Origin: Spirogloea muscicola
Taxonomy: Eukaryota
Reading direction: 5' to 3'
Assembly: GCA_009602725.1 (NCBI GenBank)
Contig: WELB01000005.1
Location: forward strand, 831,323 to 895,322
DNA: 64,000 bases
Shown here: piece after piece, positions 13,562 through 25,881 of the stretch
How the letters are laid out: each line of letters starts with the position of its first letter
Position numbering within the stretch: position 1 is the first letter of the stretch
The notes under the pieces: generated by a model
The model's database searches: none
What the model saw: the letters and a program-made list of their open reading frames with translations, nothing else
Told to the model about the DNA's origin: nothing
Position numbers and translations under genes: made by a program

Positions 13562-16500
13562 AGGCCGTGCGGACGGCCGCCGCTGACGGCGCGGCAGCGA
13601 CGGGCCTGAGCGGGCAGCGTCGCCGGCGGCCGTGCCGGCGGAGGAGGTGGCCAGCCGCGGCGAGTTCGTGCGCTACAGCCCCAACGACTCGCTCGCGCTG
13701 GAGGCCGCCTTCAAGCAGGTCCTACGGCTGCGCCACCTCGACAAGAACCCTTACCCATGCCGCCAATGCTGCATCCCGGCGCCCAGGAGAAGCATGCGAG
13801 CTTGCGGGTGTTGCGTCTCGTGAGACGGTCCCAGCTGTGCCCCACGATGACCAGCGAGCGCTCTCTGGACGCCGCATGCGCTGCTCTCTAATGGCGTGCT
13901 CGCCTGCAATGGCTACGCATGGTGCTGACTGGCGGCGTCTCCCCTGCGCTGCGCGGCGTTTGATCGCAGAGCGAGGAGGAGCTTCTCGGCCTCTGGTGGA
14001 AGGAGTATGCCGAGCACAGCGAGGGCCCGGGCGTCCGCGGGTCCCCCGCCGGCGTCCCGGCGCTGCAGGACGGCCTGGCTAGCCCGGGCACGGTGCCGCG
14101 TTTCCGAGATGGACCGGTGATGGCAGCCGCAGCAGACGAGGATGACACGACTGGGGTGCCCGTGAAAGGCGGCCTGTATGAGGTGGCTGCTCTCTCCCTG
14201 CACAGAGCGACTGTGCTTGCCTCGCGAGACCTCTAGACTGCGACTACCATTTGATGCCTGATTGCTTGTCCTGGTCAGGTCCAGGTGCGTAGCAAGCCGC
14301 TTGTGTGACTGGATTCCTCATGCGCTGCAGTTGCCGTGCACACCCAGGTCAACCTCAGCAGCCGGCGGTGCAGTCCGGTATACTGGCAGGGCGAGGACCG
14401 CCGCGTGCTGCGGGGCCTTTGGTTTGCCATGAAAATGGGCGGCGAGTGGCTTCCGTTACGCGAGGACGTCGGGGAGCAGCTCGAGGCCGCGTACCGAAGC
14501 AAGGTCCTGCGCTGGCCATGTCGCCAGTGAGAGCTCGCTGTGGTGGATGCTATTCAAGAGATGCAGAAGGCAGAGTCTTGCTGCAGGCCGACTCTGATTG
14601 CACTTCCATGCATCCAATACAGGTGTGGTTGAAGCGAGCCTTCCAGCCCGACGGCCAGTACGCTGCACGGGTTGACATTGTCGGAGCATCGCCGGTAGGA
14701 CGATGACCACCTGCATAAGCTGTCACTCATATGTTGGGCTTGTGTTGCCCCGAATCTTGCCAGCAGATTGTGTGCTGAAACAGCATCTTAAGCAAGGCCT
14801 GAGCCAGCCCTGATTTCTGGGCGCAGGGCCTGCATGCGGTATTTACCGGCGAGGACACGACCTGGGATGCATGGCTCTGCTTGGCAGCCAGCAGCCTGGC
14901 GCGGATGCTCAAGCTGGGCCAAGGAGCCCGCCTCAGACTCAGGCGGGGTTTCGTCCAGCCCTCAGCATCTCAGGCGGCACAGGTGTGTCGGACCTTCTCT
15001 CGCTTTGCCTTTCGCTCTGGTGCGCAACCTGCTCATAAGAGAAAGAATCTTTGGGGGCTCTGTTTGAACGGTACAGATCTGCTCGGTGCTGTGGTCCTGA
15101 ATACTTGCAAGACCATGGAGGTAGTGTTACAGAAGCGGGATGTTTTGCTCTCACCAGGAGATTCCGCAGCAAAAGGCCGAAGAGGAGATGGACGACTACT
15201 GCTCGCAGGTGACCGGCTTTCACGCCCTTCTCAGCGATCTGTGCATTGCCCAGCCTGCACTCGTTGTGTCAAGCACCCGCAGCCAAGAGCTGCAGAGTCG
15301 CTTATTGTGGTCCACTCTTCAAGGCTTGTCAGTGGTTAGCCGTGCCGTGCGCTCTCAGCCTCGGCCACAGTGCAAGCGGCGGCTTGTTGGATGAACTCTC
15401 GGGCCGATCAGTAGGTATCACTCTCTCTGGCTGGTGTTGCAGGTGAAGGTGGGCCATGTGGTGCTGATGGTCCACGGCATCGGTCAGCGCATGGAGAAGG
15501 CCAACCTGGTGGACGACGTGACTTTGTTCCGCCGCACAGTCGCAGCCATGTCAGAGCAGCACCTTACGCCTTACCAGCGCGCCCGCCAGCGCATCCTATT
15601 CATCCCCTGTCAGGTACCATGCATACCACTCAAGGTTCTCTTTGCAATTGCTTGACGAATGATATAGAAGGAAGGCAGGCTGGATCTGATTGGCAGCTGC
15701 AATGTGACATTCTCCCCAGTGGAGGCGTAATCTCAAGTTGGGAGGTGAGTCCTCCACGGAGGATATCACCTTGGAGGGGTTGAAAGCTCTCCGGAAGACC
15801 ATCAGTGCGACCGTACATGATGTGCTTTACTACATGAGCCCTGCCTACTGTCAATTCATCATTGACTCTGTGAGTGACAATGTTGAGCAACTAGCTGCAG
15901 ACTTTCTGCATACTTCAAACTTCTCGGCGTTGATGGGATGAGGTCAAACGAGGTCTTAAAGAAGCAGGCAAGCATCCAGCATGTCTTGCTGATTTGACTC
16001 TAGAGCATCTGGTGGGCAGGTCACGTCTGCTCTGAATCGCCAGTACGCCAAATTCATGAAGCGTAATCCTGACTTCTCAGGCAAGGTATGCAACCAATTG
16101 TAGGAGCTGCCCGAGCATGTATTGGTTGTTGTGGCTGCTCATGCATGAGCCATGCAGTTGGGTATTGGAAGCAAAAGGAGCATTCACATCCCTGACACGA
16201 TAACGTGTGATTGGCAGGTTTCTCTTTATGGCCATTCACTTGGCAGTGTTCTCGTCTACGACATTCTTTGCCATCAGGAGATCCCGCAGAGCCTTTACCC
16301 GCTGGAGCGTGGTCTTTCAGCTGCCCTTTCTGGCAGGTGGTCGGCGGCAGCCAAGAGCTTAGACCCTGGTGGCGCAAGCATGCTGACACATGTCGAGAAG
16401 GATAGGGAGGTCAATGGTGGTGCTGGGAGCACTTCTGCAGGGCACCTTGGGAATGCGAGGTCCAATCAAAGTTGTACTTGCCACAACAGTGAGGGAAGAC

Positions 16501-19500
16501 ATGGCCATAAAGAACATCTTTCAGTTGCAGCACTCAAAGCAGAGGTATGATGATATGCCGAATGCACATTGTAACAGATCCTGGTTTGACTGACACGGAT
16601 GTGCCCCTGTACCTTAGTCAACATGCCCACTTGACGCACTTCTGCTGTAAGTCAACGGTCAATCATCAGGTTCACTTAAAAGTAGGGCATTTGCGACCTC
16701 CTCGGGGCTGCCACAGCTGAGTGAATCTTGCAAGTCCTCGCAGATTGCAGCCCTTCAGGCCAGATTGTGGCAGGTGGAAGTGGCAGAGGTGAGGCATGAG
16801 CACAAGGACCACTGCAGCACAGCGCGGCTCGCAGATCATGAAACGTCCACGATGGAAGTCAATCATCTGCAGGAGGATGCCTCTAGTCCATCTCGAGACA
16901 ATCAGCAGGCACATGCAACCCCATTAACTCGGGAGATACCTGATAGCATTGTGGAGAACCATCTAGATGGAGAGCGAGGCCAGGAATCACGGATGGACGA
17001 ATGCAAAGGGCATTTAGAGGCAGCGGGAGTTGCTGAGCCAGGCAGCAGGTTGAATGACAGAGTGACAACTGCTCAGGGGGAGGGGACCATGCAACATGAG
17101 ACAGTGGACCTCGCTCGAGCAACACCAGTCAATGAATTCTCGTCACCACGTGAGCAGCAGGGTATTGAAGATTGTGATGATCATACACCCTTAGCGGGTG
17201 GAAGTCATTGTCCAGAGTCCAGCAACCATCAAGGACCGACTGTAGTCGCTGATGCTTCCACAGCTCTGCCCAGGGAATCTGAGGAGTCCACAGACCCTAT
17301 ACCCACAAGGCAGCAGCTCTCAGGTGCAGATGAGCCATTGAAAGAAGCTGGCTTACCTGAGCATCCCAGAGCTCAACTTGATGGAAGTGCTGAACAAGGC
17401 AGGGGAGCAGCATCTCCTGACACCATCGAAGAGGGATCTGGAAGGCATGCAAAACAGGATCAGGACTCTGGCGTTGCTGCATTGCACGAGACGAGTGGTG
17501 GAGCAGGGGACAAAGATGGAGGAATGCATGTCAAGTGGGATCCGGAGCAGAATAAAGCTGAGCCACCGAGGCACCCAGAGGCTGATGACAGACCTGCAGA
17601 AACTGTGGGCAGTGGCAGCCGGCACAGCAAGGGCAGGAAGCGAGCCCGGAGGCAGCACGCACCCCGCATCGCTTACAACAAGCTGGACTTCAAGGTCGGT
17701 TCTGCGATAGCTTGCTCAACATGCCTGGTGTTATAAATCAGCGCGTGATGACTTATATTGATTTGAGAGCCCAAGAGACTAACATAGATCTAGCCGTCTG
17801 ACCACTGCAACTTTGCTTGCTGCGCAGGTTGATACTTTCTTTGCAGTCGGATCACCCCTGGGCCTATTCCTCGCCCTCCGCAACATCCGCTTGGGCACTG
17901 GTATGTAAGCTTACCACTTTGCATTGTATTGCACTTCTCCTTTTCATTAGAAGCTGTGTCCCAGCATGTGACGCTTGTGTCAGAACGTCCTCAGTGGTGA
18001 AAGCCTAGCAAGCAGTCAGTCCATGTTGTGGGCAACAATTGGAATTGGTATGCAGTTCTCACCAACAAGTCTTCTTAGTGGATTGTCAGGCGAAGGCCCA
18101 GAGTGGTGGCAGCAGGAGGGCATTCAGGAGGAGCTCCCGGCATGCCGCCAGCTCCTGAACATCTTCCACCCTTATGACCCAGTTGCTTGCAGGTCAGCAA
18201 AGGGGGCCTGCACTGCTCGGTTTGTGGACACCATCATGCTTCTGTCTAGCATGGAGCCTTCAGCTGACTCTCATTGCTTCCGGTTCGAAGGGCGAGGAAG
18301 CATAGCTGCTGTTGCCATGAAGTTAGCAACACAAGTCCTACCTGTTTAATCACTTGTATGGTACAACCTCTTTGGTGAAACAAACTCGCTTCCAGAATTG
18401 CAGGATAGAGCCGCTCATATCAAGGGACTACACAGAGAAGCAGCCAGTCCTGGTGGCTTACCACCGTGGAGGCAAGCGTCTGCATATTAGCGCTCAGGTA
18501 TGGTTGTCACAGCTGCGCTCCTGCAAAGCACGCAATTCGAAGCAATGATGGCGCTTCACAGCACTGACATGATTGCTGGCAACAAATGCAGGAGTTCAGC
18601 GCAGGCGTGGCTGCAAGGTCCAAGGCTATGCAAGATTCGGTGTGGGGATCCTTTGCATCCGTTCAGGTCTGCAGGTTCTTGTGGCCTTCGGCAAGGCTAT
18701 CCTGCGATGCCTCATGGAAGTTGATATACAGATGACCAATACAAATGACATTTGTGGGGGCAGGGGTTCGTGCTCACACCGTCAGCCTCTGTGGGAATGC
18801 AGACCACCCTCGCTGGGGCATTTGCAGGCAAGAAAGAGAGCCTAAAGGAAGGTACAGTTGCTAACGTGGTTGCTGTGAGCGTGATGCAAGGTGTCATGAG
18901 CACTGCATAACTGTTCTTGCGATTTGTAGGCAACGAGCTTGTAGAGTATTAACATGTGCCTGCTTTGCAATGGGTGCTCGGCGGCTCTTTACTCTAGAAG
19001 CCTCCATCGATCCGGCCAAATTCATTATGGATGATTATGCTGCCCGGGTCATGGAGCGACTAACTGGCAGTCCTGATGGTCGCATCGACCATGTGCTGCA
19101 GGCAATCAGCCCTTCTCTAAGTCTCCTTGCATGTAGAAGCTATTGTCTTACACCTGTGCAGGTCCCTGCTGGTGCACTGCGCACTGTTCATGTAAAGATT
19201 TTGGGAGCAGATGTCTCAGTTGCAAGCTTCTCGATGTTGAGGTTGTGCTGACATGTGCATGTCTGTCTTTGCTCGTGGCAGGATGCCACGTTTGAGCACC
19301 AGTACATGGCTGCGTTGAGATCACATACGTGAGGAAGACTACCTTCACTACTTGCGCATGAGAGGCTCTTTCGCTTGCTGTCGGGGTTGTGACAAGCAAA
19401 GGCTCTTGCGCTTGTGAAGAAGCTGACATGCTGATTGATGTGTTGCAGGTCGTACTGGGGGGACGCAGACACAGTGCTCTTCATTGTGCGCCACCTATTT

Positions 19501-19743
19501 CGCGAGATCCCAGCAGCGCCGCTAACCGAGACCTTGCTGGAGGCTCCGCCGCTGAGGGCGGCCACAGCAAGCGGCGATGCTGGAGTTGTTCCTGAGGATT
19601 TGGTAGGCGGGCAGAGGGCTGCTGCTGTGGTGGGCAGTGGGGAAATGTCGTCCTCAGGCAGTGATGAGGACCTACCTCTGACATTCAGGACTATGGAGCA
19701 GGCAGTGGCTCTACTGAGTTCCGGCTGTAGCCCTCAGATGTGA
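13562..19743 (+). CDS. SGR2: SGR2-like phosphatidic acid-preferring phospholipase A1 (DDHD domain); start probably lies in the gap
   Basis: DSLALEAAF/REEELLGLWWKEYAE, GVPVKGGLYEV, VHGIGQR, lipase GHSLG, FFAVGSPLGLF, NIFHPYDPVA, GRIDHVLQ..FEHQY..SHTSYW..VLFIVRHL. Stop at 19743. Confidence 0.92.
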
Positions 19744-20639
19744 ATTGTGCCAAAGAGGCTGTCCATATAGCAAGTCAGGAATGGCACCCTTACGGCCATG
19801 CCCTCCCCCCTGCCACAGGAATGTCGAGCTGCCATGGCTGGCCTGCTCAGAAGGGCCTCTGTCATGCATATGGAGTTGGCCCCCACGTGAGTGTATGTCC
19901 GATGAGCTTAGATTGCCTGTGTGAAATTCCAAGTGACCAGACTGTGATTTCAGGCTGCAAGACTGCTGAACAAAAATACGAGGGCAAATTCCCTCGCAAC
20001 GATCAACACATTGATAGAGTTGCAGACAGCCTGCAAGACTTGAAAATAGGTTCTTGGAATTGAGTTGGCTAGCCTAAGCATGGTGGCTTTCACCCCAACC
20101 CCTGATGGAAAGGAAGGCAGGTAGTTGATATCGTTGGCCTCGACCTGCTTCTCAGAAGACAAGCATGGCAAGGCGTGGTGTTGCTTTACACATACACTGC
20201 AAGCTACTCAGGGAACCAGTTTCCTCAGCCTCAGATTGCTTCGTCATGGTCAGAAGCTGCAAGCACTCTAAGGGCCAAGTCATGCAAGTGCGAAGTCAAG
20301 ACCCAACCAATGTCCACCCTCAGTACGACATGTGCACAATGCTTGCTGATAGAAACCTCCTGACCACAGAGGATTCTGAAAGTGTCGTGCACCCCAGTTG
20401 ATACAGTGGACGGCCCTGAACACAACCCGTCAGATTGCACAACCAACTGCGAAATTGGATGTCACAGCCGTGAGCGAGCAAGCATGAGCGAGGCTGCAAC
20501 CGGGAGTGGCCATCCGCTTGGAGGGTGCCTGGGAAAGAGCGGCGGAGAAGGGAGAGCGGGGGAGGAGGGGAGAGTGTGTGTGGCGAGTGACGGAGGGCCG
20601 GAGCAGCCGAATGGACAACAGCTTCTGAAGTAAGGGGAA

Positions 20640-21760
20640 GCAGCTCGTCCAAGGGGGCGGAGGCTATGAGAAGAAAGTGGGGCTTTCAAGGGGGCGAGGG
20701 CTGTGAAATCGAAAACCACCTCATGAAATGGACAAGGCTCAAAGGGCCAGAAGGTGCTGAAAACACACAGCTAATGCAAGTGGCTACAGGGAATGGGAAG
20801 TCAGTAACCCCTAGTCAGCAGCTGCAAGTTGGAATGACTAGCAGCTGGAAAGGGTCATCCAGAAGCAGCAGCGCAAGCGCGGCCTGCTCCCAAGTGCACT
20901 GCATGAGCCTGGGACGATGGAATGAGAAGTGCGCGACCATAGAGAGAGGGGCTGGCAAAGCCAGCCTAAAAAAGAATGGACAATGTCCAAAGCCAAAGAA
21001 AGAGGAGCCGGAAAAAGGACTACACTACAAGACACTGCAGAACACATAGACGATGCAGAGGAATGCTCAGTACCCACGAGTGAGCAACATCAGGTCTGAG
21101 TAGCTCGCTGCAGGGAAAGAGGCACTCCGCCGAGACCCAGAGGCGGCGGCCATAGCACGGCCTGCTCGCGTGTGGACGGCGTGGGCAAGGGAGCGTTGAA
21201 GCGATACGGCCAGGCGCATGCGGAAGACTTGTGCGAGCGAACCGGCGGCGTTGAAGCCGGGCATCGCCCCTGGCAGACCCGGCCGCCGGTCAATGGCCTG
21301 GCGGGCAGCCCGCTGAATGAGATCCAGCCAGCGGCTGCCGAAAGCCCCGTGTACATCCATCGCCAGGGCCGCGAAATCATCCCCCACCGGGTGATCAGCA
21401 TATCTTCGCTCCTTGCCCCGGGCCGCCTGGCCGACCGCGTGCCCTGCAAACGACGCCGATCTGGTGGAATGAGACGGAGAATTGCATGCACGCATGTGCA
21501 TCACCTCTGGGCAAGCGACCCGGCGGCACTTGGACCCGGGCTGCCCACCTTTCCTGCGGTCCCTGACGACAAAAAGCCAGCCCACAGAAGGATGAACAAT
21601 GTCCAATCGTGCGAGGCGGTGGCTGTAAAGCAGGCCTCTCTACAGGCCCCGCAGTCGCTGCTTAGCTCGTACTTTGGCCCCTTCGAACCTTGTCAATTCT
21701 TCTCGGGCTGGCTTCTCACAGCCCTTGGCCCCATTGGGAGAGCCACTTCTTCTGTAAAGC
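20640..21760 (-). mobile_element. Stack of CRE-like retrotransposon fragments: subfamily F (stop 20801), subfamily A (20930-21475, stop 21067), plus short 3' ends in both orientations
   Basis: Minus-strand DDPFPAASHSNLQLLTRGY* and KERRYADHPVGDDFAALAMDVHGAFG...SYSDLMLLTRGY*. Hairpin 3' modules at ~20930-21000, ~21575 (-) and ~21700 (+). Confidence 0.85.
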
Positions 21761-22069
21761 GCCACCCCAAGCTCAAGAAGAGCGCAGCTTTTTCTTGATC
21801 TTTCCTTGTGGGGCCCCCTTTGGATGAGCTGGCCTCTTTTCACCTTTCTTTCACAGGCCAGTGATGAGGGGCGGGGAAGTCAGCCTACACAGCCGAGAGA
21901 CGGCCCACGAGGAACGGGGGAGACGAAGGCGGGCGGGGCTGCCGGGGGGCGGCGTGGCGCGGGGCGGGAGCGCGCTGCCACGCGGCGCCCGCGCGCCGCC
22001 CCGGCGGCGCCGCCAGATGCTCCGCGCCGCCGGGAGGGGAGTTGCTCGGGGAGGGGAGGGCGCTTTCTG

Positions 22070-22645
22070 GGGCTCTGGCGGCGGCCTCCGGCTTCCGTCA
22101 GGGCGACGTCTTTCCGCCTGCTAGCTACTCAGATTTGCATCTACTGACGAGAGGTTACTGAGAGTTCGCTTACTGCTGTCTCAGTCCTTAGCACTCCGAC
22201 TCCTTCAGACCTTGTCCATTCTTTTGGGCTGGCCTCTCCCAGCCACCCAGTCGCTGCTTAGCTCGTAGTTTGGCCCCTTCGAACCTTGTCAATTCTTTTC
22301 GGGCTGGCTTCTCACAGCCCTTGCCCACATTGGGAGAGCCACTTCTTCCCAGCCACCAGTTAATCTGGCCGCGCTTGCTTTCTTGCTTGCCTTCGGAAGA
22401 AAGGGCTCGCCCATTGAGGATAGGGGCTGGAAAAAGCCAGCCCAAAAAGAATGAACAAGAGCCTTTCCCCGGCTCCCCGGCTCCCCACCCCAGCCTACCT
22501 GGCCTTCTACTGCCGCTATTCTATGCATCAAGTGCATTGCGCGGTAGTTGTGGCTTCAGGCCCCTCCGTCATTTGGCCCCTTCGACCCTTCTGTCAATGC
22601 TTTCCGGGCTGGCTCCTTGCCCGCCACTGGGAGAGCCGCTTCTCT
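22070..22645 (+). mobile_element. Stack of CRE-like fragments (subfamily C ORF end, further 3' ends, one inverted subfamily D 3' end) upstream of chlorophyllase
   Basis: AAASGFRQGDVFPPASYSDLHLLTRGY* at ~22078-22161 (reverse-complement match at 43540-43660). Hairpin modules at 22226, 22300, 22423 (-) and 22605. Confidence 0.8.
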
Positions 22646-22799
22646 CCATAAGGGGCCTTGGTGGCCAAGTCACGAGAACAAGCACATCGACACACATGCC
22701 AACCCCTGCTGCTAAGTGAGATAAGGACGCTTCCAGTACTGCCGAGCTGACCCTCTTGGTGCCAGCAGCCCCATCCCCGGCCCCTCCACCACGGCCGCC

Positions 22800-24238
22800 A
22801 TGGCCGCCCCCCGCGCCGCCGCGCCCCCCGCGCCGCTCCTCCTCCTCGCCCTCCTCCTCCTCGCCCCCGCGCTGGCGCCGCTGCCGGGTGCCGCCGCCGC
22901 CTCCGCCGCCGCCCGCCGCCCGCGGCGCAGCAACGACACGTTCTCCGAAGGCCCCCACAGCGTGGAGGTGTTCCGCATCCCCGCCGCGCCGCCCGACGGC
23001 TCGTCCGCGCTGCCGCCCAAGCCGCTGCTGGTGGCCGCGCCCACGGAGCGCGGCGACTACGCCGTCGTCCTCTTCTTCCACGGCTACGTGCTGGAGGACC
23101 GGTTCTACGCCGCCTCCGCCGCCGCCCGCCGCCCGCGGCGCAGCAACGACACGTTCTCGGCCGGGCCGCACGGCGTGGAGGTGTTCCGCATCCCCGCCGC
23201 GCCGCCCAACGGCTCGTCCGCGCTGCCGCCCAAGCCGCTGCTGGTGGCCGCGCCCACGGAGCGCGGCGACTACGCCGTCGTCCTCTTCTTCCACGGCTAC
23301 GTGCTGGAGAACCGGTTCTACACCTCCATCCTCCGCCACCTCGCCTCCTACGGCTACATTGCCGTCGCGCCCCAGGTGTGCCCCCTCTCGCCTCTCTTGG
23401 CCCTCCTCTGTCGCTCTCTCTCTCTTCTTGGGCGCCCAGTTGGAGCTCGCTTTGCAGGCGGCTCTGACGTCTTACACCCACAAACGGTTGCCACGCCCAG
23501 ATGTACGACACGGCGGCCTGGGTGCCCACGAGCAGCACCGACGCGTACGAGGAGATCGCAGACGCCGCGGACGTGCTCGAGTGGCTGGACGACGGCCTGG
23601 ACTTCGCGCTGCCCGCCAGCCTGGACGGCGTGCGCCCCGACCTGGGCCTCGTGGCGGTCGCCGGCCACAGCCGTGGCGGCAAGGTCGCATTTGCGCTCGC
23701 CCGCAACAGCTCCGATTTCTCGCAGCGCCTCTCCGCCGTCGCCGGGCTCGACCCCCTCGACGGCCTCCCCTCCTACTTCGGCGACGACGGCACGCCCACC
23801 AAGCCGCCGGTACTGCGCGCCCACAACCACTCGTTCGAGTTCGACTTCCCGGCGCTGGTCGTGGGCACCGGCCTCGGCCCGGCGCGCAAGGGCGGCCTCC
23901 TGCCGCCCTGCGCGCCCGCCAACATCGGCCACGAGTGGTTCTTCGCCGACTCGCGCTCGCCCGCCTACCACTTTGTCGCGCCCGAGTTTGGCCATGTGGA
24001 CTTTTTGGACGACGAGGCGTCCACGCTCGCTACCTGGGGCTGCGCCACGGGCATCGCCCGCTCCCCTCTCCGCAACTTCTCTGCCGGGGTGCTCGTCTCC
24101 TTCCTGCGCAAGGCCCTCTACGGCGATAGCCTTGCCCTCCTCGATGTGGTCAGGCACCCACGCAAGGCACCCATCAATGTGACCAGCGAGACCTATGTCC
24201 GCCACTCGGACGACGACTGGAGGCTGGCCAGCCAGTAG
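22800..24238 (+). CDS. CLH: Chlorophyllase (alpha/beta hydrolase), 2 exons (22800-23375, 23501-24238), predicted N-terminal signal peptide
   Basis: PPKPLLVAAP..G.YAVVLFFHGY, HLASYGYIAVAPQ, catalytic GHSRGGK, GLDPLDG, PPCAP..GH..FF, FGHVDFLDD. GT-AG intron at 23376-23500. Hydrophobic LLLLALLLLAPALA N-terminus. Confidence 0.93.
22896..23321 (+). repeat. In-frame 213-bp (71-codon) tandem duplication within chlorophyllase exon 1
   Basis: CAGCAACGACACG at 22928 and 23141 (offset 213). The copies differ by a few substitutions (SEGPHS vs SAGPHG, PD vs PN, ED vs EN). Confidence 0.95.
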
Positions 24239-25881
24239 TCTTGCACCATGAGCGAGCAGGACTTCTCGAGCCTCAGCACTTGCTGGACGAGGTCAACTTG
24301 CCAACGTCCTTGCCAACTCCACCCTTTTGCAATCAATCTTGACTTTTTACTGTCACAGCAACCCATCAGCCTGACATTGAGTGGCTGCTGTATCACTTCG
24401 GCTTATTCATAATTTATTACTTACCTTGTGTTATTTTGGTGAACTGCTGCTGCTCGTGATGAATACAATGCCAAGCCCTCTCGTGATACCCACATGTCCT
24501 TCAGGCCATCTTTGTCTGCTCGTTGTGAAAGTTCTTGTGTTTGAATGTTCTCCAAATTTGTTCAATTGCGAACCGGGCAGCTTACAAGCTTGGACAAGTA
24601 CGCTGGTAATTGCTGACAAGAGTTAGCCTTGTACAGTCATAATACATACGTTCGTTAAAGAGTTGGAGACGACCAATTGTCCTGAGAGTCCAAGAGACAT
24701 ATGCGGAAGTGGCGATCTTACAGCAGCACAGCAAGCAGCTGGAGAAGTCAATGAAAGTTGGTGAGCAAGTTGCAGTGACAGTGGGAGACACTGCAAAATG
24801 TTGCTGCAAATTGCAGAAGCATGTCCTTGGCATGCCAGCCGATTCTGGGAAAAAGAATTACTGGTAGTAGGCAATGCGATGCTCTTTTGGCTAGGCACGG
24901 AGGAACCGGCAGTGATACAAAGGGCCTCTCAGCTTGGAGCAGTCATTGAGACAATCAAGCTGGTGTTCACTTGAGTCTCTACATGAGCTTGGGCAATGGA
25001 TTGGAGTGTGTATCGAGGGATGGAGGGCCTTAGTGGCCAAGTACAAAGGCCAAGCACCTTGACAGATGTACACCACCTGCTGCTAAGCTGACCCGCTCAG
25101 TCAACACAAGTCAGCACGTAGAGGTCGCAAAATGGGCAATCGGATATTTGTGCACTCCACACACATACAAGCACAGTTCCACACTGGCTGAGTAAGCCTC
25201 ATCTGTGGGAGCATATACTGAGGCTGAACATAAATTGGTAAGCGTTGAGTTTAAATCAGACAATCGCTTGGTCAGTCGCCCAGATCAAATACCAGACAAT
25301 AAGCCTAGCTGAGATCGATCATCATCACAAATGCATGGCCGAAGGTCATCAATTGTCTCTCAAAGATGACATACATTTTGTCATCCAAGCCACATTGTTT
25401 CGTCAGTAAGATGTACCGCACAAATACTTTGAATATCCCATTCCCCAAGAAAGGTCCTCTTTGTTCCAGACCTTCGACCTACTGTGATCCTGCTCAATCC
25501 CTCCCCCGCTCTCTCTCCATCTTCCTCTCTGTTTTCTCTTTTTGTCTCTCTCACTCTTGCCAGTAGGCAAGTTTGGCAACAGACTGCCTGCAGCATCATA
25601 GCTGCATTTCTTCCTTGGGAAGATGTCCTAATCTAGAACAAGCATAAGGAAGAAAAATTCTGGGAAATGGTCAGACAGAAAGAAATTCAAACCTGCCAAT
25701 TTGGTAATTATCTGCATAGCTGGGCTTATTTACTTATCCAAACGATGCTGCAAAATTGCTGGGGCTAATGTGCTGATAAGTGGGCAGCGACCCAGTATTG
25801 AAGGATGTCGACCTTATGGCTTGACCAGATCCTACAGCTGCATGGATTTCAGGGCCTCCTCTTGCTCGAAGCTGTTGGCCA

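Noticed and set aside
19750..20640. Possible small gene between SGR2 and the element stack
   Set aside because: Only short ORFs with no motif or coherent splice model.
21677..22348. HDV-like or hammerhead ribozyme in element ends (e.g. CTGACGAG at ~22144)
   Set aside because: The hairpin loop is too short for the HDV nested topology, and CTGACGAG lacks a matching GAAA core and simply encodes LLTRG. A loop-tail pseudoknot had no compensatory support by eye.
22569..24205. Long antisense and alternative-frame ORFs over chlorophyllase (also over LARP1)
   Set aside because: Expected from extreme GC content and stop-codon scarcity; no recognisable domains.
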